Positions 1-10,500 of a stretch of DNA of 64,000 nt are shown here, piece by piece (positions within the stretch are counted from its first letter, which is position 1; each line of letters begins with the position of its first letter). The notes beneath the pieces are model-generated. The model worked only from the letters and a program-made list of their open reading frames with translations, did no database searches and was not told the DNA's origin. The position numbers and the translations under genes are program-made. The stretch covers positions 10,338,844 through 10,402,843 of the forward strand of contig CM082588.2 of the NCBI GenBank assembly GCA_040954595.2, given 5' to 3'. This DNA is from Balanoglossus misakiensis (lineage: Eukaryota; Animalia; Hemichordata).

Positions 1-641
1 AAGCGAAATAACAAGGATCCATATTTAGCTCTGCTGGATCATAGAAACATACCACGTGACAGTCAGTTGGGATCACCTGGGCAGAGACTCATGGGTAGGA
101 GAACCAAAAACACTCTTTCCAACCAGCGAGATTTTGCTGAAGCCCAAACAAGTTGAGAATGTAAAGCCAAGCCTAGAAACATTGAAACAAAGACAGAAAT
201 AATATCATGACCAGCATGCCAAACATCTGCCCAGTTTATCAAACGATGAGTTTGTGAGGATGAAGACACCCAAAGGATGGAAACCAGCAGTTGTACAGTC
301 CAGAGCAAATACACCACGATCATATATTGTCGAGTCAGATGGACACATGTACCGTAGAAACCGCCGTGACCAGGAAAACAAAAGAAATGCCAGTTGTTCC
401 AGATGTCGCTGATGACCACCTGCTTGTAAAGCATTGTCAACCACCTGCTGTTGAAGAAACTACGCCAGATGTAAAACCTCTCAAAGAGATGACGGTAACC
501 AATCCTAACTCGGTTTGTAGCAGTATGACGCAAGCAGATGCCACAGGCAACCAGTCAGTGAAAACCACTTCCAGAGGACGCGTTGTGAGAAGACCAGTAA
601 GATTCCAGGACTATGTAGACACTCAATGTGGAAAGAACTGA
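1..641 (+). pseudogene. Decayed C-terminal part of a Ty3/Gypsy integrase (pol 3' end), frameshifted
   Basis: Frame 1 from base 1 reads KRNNKDPYLALLDHRNIPRDSQLGSPGQRLMGRRTKNTL. After frameshifts come GWKPAVVQSRANTPRSYIVESDGHMYRRNRR and a terminal KTTSRGRVVRRPVRFQDYV, all typical of invertebrate Gypsy integrase tails. No LTR is recognisable after it. Confidence 0.8.
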
Positions 642-879
642 TTTCGGAGTTTGTTGAAAGAAATACACGAACATCGCGAACATCGCACACATACACATGC
701 ACATACTACTTCTCCAGCGACGATGCAGACAGCAGACATGGCGACGGGAAGAAACAGGTAGAGAAACGGAACGCTCCGCGCACGAGGACGAGGAACAGGC
801 TTCTCCAGCCATCGACTACCGCCAGGACAAAAGGTAAAAGAATAAAAAGTGGCGCCAAGAGGAAACCAACAGACAGGGT

Positions 880-1512
880 TCTCATGTACATACCATGGCC
901 ACACAAATAAATCCGAGACCCCAACCCGCACAAACCAGAGGCAATTACTTATGATGAATTGACTTTACCACAGCTGGTATCGGGTGAACTGAATCTATCT
1001 ATATATCTACCTTACTGGCCAACTTCAACATATTGAAGGCTTTGCCAGTGAGTGCACCCTATAGTACAGGACATCAAAAATGTCAGTTTTCTGGTTTGGT
1101 GAAGTGTAGTGCCAAAGAAGATTTGAAGGATTCATGTGACATCATATTAGGGATGAGTTTAGATAATGCTTCCACTGTCAATCGTTTAGCAAACTTGCAA
1201 AACATTGTCACTGACGCTCAGTTGTATTCTTGGGAGAGGGTCCGTAAATACCACTCAATAATTATTTTACAATACCTTGAGCAGGGGTTGTTGGTGTGGG
1301 GCGACGATTTTGACAACCTGCATACCAGATTCGTCAGAAACCCTCCCCAAATTAGTGTGGATCAACCAGTTAAGCCTAGCGCTAAGAAAAACCGTCACTC
1401 TCGCTATTGCTCTGCCTTTCAAGATCACAAATGTAGCCAAATCTCTGATCATGTAGTGGAGGGCAAATTGGAAAAGCATGTCTGCTCCGCCTGTTTGCGC
1501 TTTAGGCATTAG
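880..1512 (+). pseudogene. gag-like ORF remnant of the YR retrotransposon
   Basis: Fragments YIPWPH, ITYDELTLPQLVSGEL and YSWERVRKYHSII..EQGLLVWGDD, plus a C-terminal Cys/His cluster YCSAFQDHKC...HVCSAC. Broken by stops and frameshifts. Confidence 0.6.
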
Positions 1513-1998
1513 GAAACACGGCATGCTTCCACAGATTGCCCCTTTAACGATAAAGAATTCAGGGACGAAACACCAAAAAAACCCAGGGAATGGCCTGCAG
1601 CACCAGGGGGAGAGGGGATTTTCCAAGATGTAGCAGAATCTGGCTCATGTAACAGTATAGCTGATCAGCCTTTTTGTTATGTAGGTTTTTCACCTGACCT
1701 TTCAAACTTTGTAAATGGTGTAGCTTTTGATGCTCACAATTTGTATTGCCACATTTCTGTACTTTTCGACTGTGCCCTCTCGCATCATGTTCTAGCAAAG
1801 GCTATATCAGGTACCAAGACCTTCCAGTACCAGGAATTTTTAGTACCCACCGTTGTTGACACTCCACTTCTTCCAGTTATTCCGGCCTGGGTCCCCCCAC
1901 ACACGACTGATTGGCCCCCATGTTCGCCAGTTTCACACGAGTAGGTCCTACAAGCGCACAGGACAGTTTTCACTTCCGGAAAACCAAACTTTGCCGGA

Positions 1999-3470
1999 GT
2001 GCGTATCCCTGTTCCCATTGCACTAAACATTCCAGCATGGCGAGCCAGACTTCCTGACAGGCACAGCGGAATTATAGTTGACTTTCTTGAATTTGGTTGG
2101 CCCATCAATTTCACTGGTAATTGCTTGCCACTTGCTAGCAGGCGCAACCATAGATCCGCCTTGCAATTTGCTCACCATGTTGATGCCTTCGTTAGCACTG
2201 AAGTTAGTCTAAAGGCCACCGCTGGACCATTCGCATCTAACCCACATACTATGCCAGTGGCTACTTCCCCGCTCTCCTCAGTCCCGAAGAAGGGGTCTCC
2301 GTATAGGCGTATTATAATGGATCTCAGTTTTCCCATCTCTAGTTCTGTCAATGCAGGTTTTTCAGCATTGACCTTCCTGCAGCAGCCTTTCCAGCTCCGC
2401 TACCCCAATATTGACACGCTGGTCGCGATTATCAGAGATTTGGGTCCCGGTTGTCTCTTGTTTAAACTAGACTTGAGTAGGGCTTACAGACAATTGCCAG
2501 TGGATCCCCACGACTTTCACCTGTTGGGTTATACATGGCGAGATTCGCTCTTTATTGATCTCCGTTTGCCATTTGGGTTGCGCTCCGCGGCGCTTGCATG
2601 TCAGGCCACCACGAACACCGTGATTGCCATGTACCATAATCTGGGTTTTCGCGCAGTCAATTATTTTGGATGACTTTTGCGGCGCAGACACCCCTATACG
2701 GGCCCAGTCCGCCTTTTTAGCTTTGCGATCTCTTCTCTCTGAATTAGGTCTACAGGAAGCCTTTGGTCAAGCTGTAACCCCCACAACTTGTCTCTCGTTT
2801 TTAGTCACAGAGGACAGGCTCACTGAGCTTTCAGAGCTTCTTGCTCATTGTTCAGGCAGGAAAAATGCCACTAGACGTCAGTTGCAGGTCCTTATCGGCA
2901 AGCTTTCATTTGTCTCTAGCTGTGTTCGTGCAGGCCGTCTTTTTATTAGCCGCATGCTTGACACGCTACGTTCTGTCCAGTCAGCGCGGCATCACATTTA
3001 CTTAAACGTGCAGTTCCAGAAAGATATCAGTTGGTGGATCTCTTTTCTTAGGCAATATAACGGCGTTTCGATTATTCCGGAACTGGTCTGGTCCACACCT
3101 AACAGCGTTATTTGTACAGATGCTTGCCTTTCAGGATGTGGTGGAATCTCAGCCTCACAGTATTTCCATGCCCCATTCCCAGATTTTGTCTTGCAGCAGC
3201 AACAGCCTATCCATTGCCTTGACATGCTCACCATCGTAGTGGCGGCCAGACTTTGGGGTGACAAATGGACAGGCCTGCGCATTCTAGTCATCAGCGACAA
3301 CAGCAGCATGGTACAGGTTCTTAACACCGGCCGCGGTCGCGACCCCTTTCTCATGTCAGCCGCGCGCGAACTTTGGTTTATTGCAGCGACACATCAGTTC
3401 GAGCTGAAAGCGCGCCTATCTTCCTGGCGCTCAGAACAGCATTGCCGATTGCTTGTCACGCTGGCATTTG
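1999..3470 (+). pseudogene. Reverse transcriptase + RNase H of the YR retrotransposon, frameshifted
   Basis: ORF 1999-2673 has RRIIMDLS, KLDLSRAYRQLPV and LPFGLRSA. A frameshift splits the YxDD motif (NYFG / LDDF, about 2660-2675). ORF 2624-3514 has RNase H motifs CTDACLSGCGG and LVISDN; a further frameshift lies near 3415. Confidence 0.88.
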
Positions 3471-3583
3471 GACCGCAAGTACCGCGACACCTTTGCCTCA
3501 CTCACAGGAGATAAACTTCTTGAAGAAACTCGTCCTTCAGAAGCATTGTTTTCACTAAACGTCTTATTTTAATTTATTTGCAG

Positions 3584-4072
3584 CTGTGCAGCAAGATCTG
3601 GAGTTATTAAGACAAGAGGTCAAGAACTCCCGGCTAGCAGCCTTTCGTCCCGGTACGCTCAGGAACCTGAATATTCAGTTCCGCTCCTATATAAGTTTTG
3701 CACTTCACTACGGTTTGTAAGCGGTGCCTACAACGTCCACGGTTTTGGCGCTTTATGCCCAGTTTCTTAGCAGGTCGTTTAGTAGTCCTGCATCCGTTAC
3801 CAATTATATTGCGGGTGTCAAGACACTTCATATACTGACCGGCCACAGCCTGAAACCTTTCGAATGCCTGGGTTTCAAATTGGCGCTCACAGGCATCAGA
3901 AAAAGCAGTGTCCACACACCTTCTCAGAAGTTGCCTTTGACAGTTCCCATGTTGGAGGAAATTGGCAACTATTATTGATCTTTCCAACAAGTTTCATTTA
4001 ACAGTTTGGTGCGCTGTTTTAATTGGCTTCTTTGCCTTTTTGAGGAAATCGAACTTGGTTCCTCCCTATAAA
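3584..4072 (+). pseudogene. Tyrosine recombinase, N-terminal half only
   Basis: AFRPGTLRNL...YISF (in-frame TAA 3718-3720), then LALYAQFLSRSFSSPASVTNYIAGVKTLH...KLPLT, then after a frameshift WCAVLIGFFAFLRKSNLVP, which contains the first catalytic Arg. The rest is missing. Confidence 0.8.
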
Positions 4073-4074
4073 CC

Positions 4075-5692
4075 AAACAACTTGTTCATATTTACTGTAT
4101 ACTAAGTGTTATTTTTTCACAATTGGGAACAGGTACATCAAATACAAATAACAATGGTAGAGTCACATTATAATATTGTGAGAAATTACTAGTGTAAAGA
4201 AGAGTTATACATGGCACGGTAGGGGGCTCACTTTTTATGGGAAAGTAACAATTATAAAATCCTTGGTCAATTCACAGTTTACTCATCTTTTCATGTCTCT
4301 ACCATCTCCTGGTAATGACTTCTTTAAAAAGTATGAAACTTCAGTTTTTAGTTTTCAATTTTTTGTGGGGTGGTAAGCGAGACAAGATTAAGAGGAATAC
4401 CATCTACAATTAATATGTAAATGGGGGTCTCAATTTGACAAATTTGCCTGCCTTTAATTTGACGCTAAAGACAGCCTGGTTTTTGAGGATCATGTGAAAC
4501 AATAGTTTATTTTGTAGTAAATGGTATAAATTTGTTCTTTCCAGTTTTGGTGGGCCCCAAGTGTATTATGCCAATTTAAAAAAAGATGATTTTCATATTT
4601 TGAACCCCATTAATTCTGTTTTCTTAAGACAAATTTATTCAGCATGGCTGCAGTATAATACCACTACAGTATCTGATAAAGACGATGTATGCCAAGAACT
4701 AATTTGCAATAATTCTGAGATACGAATTAGTGATAAGCCAATATTGTGGAATAACTTTTCAAGGAATGGTGTTATTTTTATTAATGATCTTATCGATGCT
4801 AATTGTAAGTTTTATAATTATGAGCAGTTTACTACAATATATGGTAATATTTGTACACAATTTCAGTTATTATGTGCAATACCACTTGATTGGAAAAATA
4901 TTGTACATAATTCACACTCATCCAAACTACTGGTATGTAAGCCTAATTTTCGAAATCCCAATTGTTTGTCTGGTAAAAAACTCAATAGAGAGATGTACAC
5001 TTTTGTTCTGAATTTACAAACACCACAGGAGCTTTCTCCACACATAATACGTTATTGGTACGATGTATTTGATGAAGTATTTTCCTTAAAAACTGTGTTT
5101 TCGCTTCCTTTCAAATTAACAAATGATATTAAGCTTTGGAATTTTCAGTACAAACTAATAATGAAGATCTTGCCTTCAAACCGCATGCTTTACAAATGGC
5201 GAATAATTGACTCCCCACTTTGTATTTTTTGTAAAGATGTTGTAGAGGATTATTACCATCTTTTTTGGGATTGAATTTATACTAGTCGGTTTTGGATTTC
5301 AGTGAAAGAGTGTTTTTTTACTGTTACACTTAATACACTAAGGTTAAGTGCAATGTACTGTATTCTGGGTAATATAGATGAGGGGGGTAGTCAACTTGCA
5401 AATTTCATTCTTTTGATTGGACGTTCTTATATTTTTAAATGTAAAGTGCCGAATGTTTTGCCAAACATGCTTCAGTTTAAATCATATGTGAAATCTATTT
5501 ATAAAATAGAAGATAATGTAGCCACTACAAATGATAGACAGGGGATACATCTAGAAAAATGGGGAGCTTTTGTCAACTTGTTCGTTTATTAGTGTTCTTT
5601 TTGTGGTTTCTTTCTTTTTCTTGTCTTTGTCGACTTTTTTGTTTTTGTCCTGTATTTTTGAAATGAAAAAAAAAAAAAAAAAAAAAAAAAAA
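4075..5692 (+). mobile_element. 5'-truncated, decayed L1/Tx1-like LINE (ORF2 C-terminus, T-rich 3' UTR, poly(A))
   Basis: Remnants WHGRGLTFYGKVTIIKS, GGKRDKIKRNTIY, GVIFINDLI, FQYKLIMKILPSNRMLYKW and the zinc finger CIFC....EDYYHLFWD* (ORFs 4561-5274 and 5302-5592), ending in A27 at 5666-5692. Confidence 0.85.
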
Positions 5693-6321
5693 GAAGAGTT
5701 ATATGTATTCAGTTTCATGTCAGTTTCTGACTTATACCAACAACACTGTTTTCTCACATAAAATTAGGAATGATATGGATGTACTGTAATACTGTCATTG
5801 CAACTCGGTGAACACGTATTTTCATGCAGTTTTTCCAATCAAAACTGGAAATATAATGTAATGTACAAAACATGCTCTACTAAATAAACCTTATAACTTA
5901 AAACTTAAAAATTATATCTTGTTTTGAATGAGCATTGTGCTATGTGATTTGTAGTCAGCTTTTGAATAAATTACATGTGATTTTTACATATACAGGAGAA
6001 ATGAACAATGTCATTGTAATTATTTAAGGTATTAACTTCACATCTGATAGACAGGTTGGCAACCTCAGACTAAGTTCTTGGATGACTAAAAACTACAAGC
6101 AAATATTCAAACTCAGTGAATGTTCTCCAGACATGACATCTCAATGAAGCTAAGCTTAAACTACCATACTACACATGACTGAGTGTACTCCTTGCTTGAC
6201 ATGCAAAGTAGCTAAGTTGTTAAACATCAATTCTACAAAAACCTGACATTTTAACAAACAACAACAACACATACATTTACAACATTGACAATCACTGCAT
6301 TTCAGTCTGCACTTCTCCTTG

Positions 6322-6560
6322 TAGTGGGGCAGTTAACCCAAAAATCGTGCAATTTGGGTTAAAAGCATGAAACTTGGTACACTTATGGCGGCCATTTTCT
6401 GATATGGATCTAAAATGACACAGCCCTCTAGTGACCAGAAACAGATATCAAACTTTAAAATCGTGCACTTTGGGTTAAAAGCATGAAATTTGGTACAATT
6501 ATTCATTGACCCATGGCGGACATTTTCCAATATGGATCCCAAAATAGCGGCCAGAAACTG
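6322..6560 (+). mobile_element. Relic left terminus of a TAG-ended (Academ-like) DNA transposon
   Basis: Starts TAGTGGGGCAG...AAAAGCATGAAACTTGG and resembles the reverse complement of 37866-37934 (TAGTGGAGCGG...AAAAGCACCAAACTTGG). Contains a diverged direct repeat of about 40 bp (about 6341 and 6457) and GCGGCCA motifs. Confidence 0.4.
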
Positions 6561-6640
6561 ACATTCACACTTCTCTCCCATTATTGGCACTTTTTGGTCA
6601 ATTGTAACACTCAGAAACAGGAATATGGGTTGTAAAACAT

Positions 6641-7114
6641 ACTTGCTTCCATACATTCCTCTGTATATTATCCTAATTGTGATGTACATGTATCAGATCA
6701 ATCTTGATGACATTCTCCTTTACAGTAACAAAGAGCACTGCTGTCAGACTAGACCTAAAGCACCTACAGGAACATGTGCATTACTTTTTACAACTGATTT
6801 CCTGAGGTTGACTCTTTTCTTGGGCTTGACTAAGAGTTTTCCAACTTGATTTCCAATGGGATTCTGTTGGTTTGATATAGCTTTGCTAGGTTTCTCATAG
6901 CACATGTTCTTTTAGAGCTGCCTGTGTAGAAGGAATATTCTCAAGAACCCTTGACTTTCTGGAGAAGAGATATTGTCTTACCCTTTGCATGACTTTGAGT
7001 ATTCAACTGGTTCTGTTATACCGAAGAACAAATTGTTCAATTAGTAACATACAAGATTGATCTGATACATGTACATCAGGATTAGGAGAATATTCAAAGC
7101 GATCTGGAGCAGAT
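6641..7114. repeat. Inverted repeat pair (MITE-like relic)
   Basis: Perfect 27-bp core TGATGTACATGTATCAGATCAATCTTG at 6680-6706 and its reverse complement at 7052-7078, extending imperfectly outwards. Confidence 0.7.
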
Positions 7115-7503
7115 AAGATAGGATGATTTTCTCCCGGCCTCCAGCATCTGCCAACTCCTGTCTGTCACCTAATAATCTGACAAGTCATAATAAGGAGATT
7201 TTTCTTATTTGTGGTTTAAATAATACTGTACTTTTGGTAGGAGTTTTTGATACAGTGTGATGGAAAAGAGGAATCAGTGTTAATTTCTTTAGATGATTGT
7301 TGATTTTGTGACATTCAGGTTTTTTTCACTATTAAACATGTCACTTGATATGCTTATTTTTTTCATGAAAAATTTAAAACAAAACTTTAAAATTACATTA
7401 GAATTTAATGAATTTTGAATTATGGTTATCTCTTACATTATTACTACTTTTATAAATATTTACATCATAATGTGTCAATTCTTTTTATCTGAATTAATTA
7501 GAC

Positions 7504-10500
7504 TGGAAGCAACCACGGAAATTTTAGAACTATCCGTCGATCTACAGAGTATAGTGGAAAACGTTCATATGCGCATAGGCCTATCAATGTGTTCTGCGCA
7601 TCACAAAAGATTTTTGTAAACAAACGAGGATGTGTTTGGAAGCAACCATGGAAATTTTAGAACTATCCGTCGATCTACGGAGTCTAGTGGAAAACTTTCC
7701 AATGCGCATAGGCCTATCTATGTGTTCTGCGCATCACAACAGAATTTTGTAAACAAACGAGGATGTGTTTGGAAGCAACCATGGAAATTTTAGAACTATC
7801 CGTCGATATACAGAGTCTAGTGGAAAACGTTCATATGCGCATAGGCCTATCTATGTGTTCTGCGCATCACAACAGATTTTTGTAAACAAACGAGGATGTG
7901 TTTGGAAGCAACCATGGAAATTTTAGAACTATCCGTCGATCTACGGAGTCTAGTGGAAAACTTTCCAATGCGCATAGGCCTATCTATGTGTTCTGCGCAT
8001 CACAACAGAATTTTGTAAACAAACCAGGATGTGTTTGGAAGCAACCATGGAAATTTTAGAACTATCCGTCGATATACAGAGTCTAGTGGAAAACGTTCTT
8101 ATGCGCATAGGCCTCTCTATGTGTTCTGCGCATCACAACAGAATTTTGTAAACACACGATGCTTTGTTTGGAAGCAACCATGGAAATTTTAGAACTATCC
8201 GTCGATCTACGGAGTCTAGTGGAAAAATTTCTTATGCGCAAAGGCATATGTATGTGTTCTACGCATCACAACATAATTCTGTAAATAAACGAGGCTGTTT
8301 GGAAACAACCATGGACATTTTACAACTGTCCGTCGATCTACAGAGTCTGGTGGAAAAGTTTCTTATGCGCATAGGCCTATTACGTGTTCTGCGCCTCACA
8401 ACAGAATTCGGTAAATAAACGAGGCTGTTTGGAAGCAACCATGGAAATTTTAGAACTATCCGTCGATCTACGGAGTCTAGTGGAAACATTTCCAATGCGC
8501 ATAGGCCTATCTATGTGTTCTGCGCATCACAACAGAATTTTGTAAACAAACGAGGATGTGTTTGGAAGCAACCATGGAAATTTTAGAACTATCCGTCGAT
8601 ATACAGAGTCTAGTGGAAAACGTTCTTATGCGCATGGACCTCTCTATGTGTTCTGCGCATCACAACATAATTTTGTAAACAAACGATGCTTTGTTTGGAA
8701 GCAACCATGGAAATTTTAGAACTATCCGTCGATCTACGGAGTCTAGTGGAAAAATTTCTTATGCGCATAGGCATATGTATGTGTTCTACGCATCACAACA
8801 TAATTCGGTAAATAAACGAGGCTGTTTGGAAACAACCATGGAAATTTTACAACTGTCCGTCGATCTACAGAGTCTGGTGGAAAAGTTTCTTATGCGCATA
8901 GGCCTATTACGTGTTCTGCGCCTCACAACAGAATTCGGTAAATAAACGAGGCTGTTTGGAAGCAACCATGGAAATTTTAGAACTATCCGTCGATCTACAG
9001 AGTCTAGTGGAAAACGTTCTTATGCGCATAGGCCTATCTATGTATTATGCGCATCACAACAGAATTTTGTAAACAAACGAGGATGTGTTTGGAAGCAACC
9101 ATGGAAATTTTAGAACTATCCGTCGATATACAGAGTCTAGTGGAAAACGTTCTTATGCGCATAGGCCTCTCTATGTGTTCTGCGCATCACAACAGAATTT
9201 TGTAAACAAACGATGCTTTGTTTGGAAGCAACCATGGAAATTTTAGAACTATCCGTCGATCTACGGAGTCTAGTGGAAAAATTTCTTATGCGCATAGGCA
9301 TATGTATGTGTTCTACGCATCACAACATAATTCTGTAAATAAACGAGGCTGTTTGGAAACAACCATGGACATTTTACAACTGTCCGTCGATCTACAGAGT
9401 CTGGTGGAAAAGTTTCTTATGCGCATAGGCCTATTACGTGTTCTGCGCCTCACAACAGAATTCGGTAAATAAACGAGGCTGTTTGGAAGCAACCATGGAA
9501 ATTTTAGAACTATCCGTCGATCTACGGAGTCTAGTGGAAAACTTTCCAATGCGCATAGGCCTATCTATGTGTTCTGCGCATCACAACAGAATTTTGTAAA
9601 CAAACGAGGATGTGTTTGGAAGCAACCATGGAAATTTTAGAACTATCCGTCGATCTACGGAGTCTAGTGGAAACATTTCCAATGCGCATAGGCCTATCTA
9701 TGTGTTCTGCGCATCACAACAGAATTTTGTAAACAAACGAGGATGTGTTTGGAAGCAACCATGGAAATTTTAGAACTATCCGTCGATATACAGAGTCTAG
9801 TGGAAAACGTTCTTATGCGCATAGGCCTCTCTATGTGTTCTGCGCATCACAACAGAATTTTGTAAACAAACGATGCTTTGTTTGGAAGCAACCATGGAAA
9901 TTTTAGAACTATCCGTCGATCTACGGAGTCTAGTGGAAAAATTTCTTATGCGCATAGGCATATGTATGTGTTCTACGCAACACAACAGAATTCGGTAAAT
10001 AAACGAGGCTGTTTGGAAACAACCATGGAAATTTTACAACTATCCGTCGATCTACAGAGTCTGGTGGAAAACTTTCTGATGCGCATAGGCCTATTACGTG
10101 TTCTGCGCCTCACAACAGAATTCGGTAAATAAACGAGGCTGTTTGGAAGCAACCATGGAAATTTTAGAACTATCCGTCGATCTACAGAGTCTAGTGGAAA
10201 ACGTTCTTATGCGCATAGGCCTATCTAAATAAACGAGGCTGTATTTGGAAGCAACAAAGTAAATTTTACAACTATACGTCGATCTACGGAGTCTAGTGGA
10301 AAAATTTCTTATGCGCATAGGCATATGTATGTGTTCTGCGTCTCACAACAGAATTCGGTAAATAAACGAGGCTGTTTGGAAGCAACCATGGAAATTTTAG
10401 AACTATCCGTCGATCTACGGAGTATAGTGGAAAACGTTCATATGCACATAGGCCTATCTATGTGTTCTGCGCATCACAACAGATTTTTGTAAACAAACGA

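Larger units (their letters stand above)
630..4072 (+). mobile_element. Degenerate tyrosine-recombinase retrotransposon (Ngaro/DIRS group), 3'-truncated; boundaries approximate
   Basis: Co-oriented gag-like, RT, RNase H and tyrosine-recombinase remnants, in that order. No methyltransferase region is seen, which favours Ngaro. Termini not identified. Confidence 0.8.

Noticed and set aside
5551-5761. Poly-Lys / poly-Phe ORFs
   Set aside because: Translations of the LINE poly(A) tail and T-rich 3' UTR.
8292-8312. CENP-B box in the monomer (CTGTTTGGAARCAACC)
   Set aside because: It shares only TTGGAARC with the CENP-B box; the essential TTCG and CGGG positions are absent.
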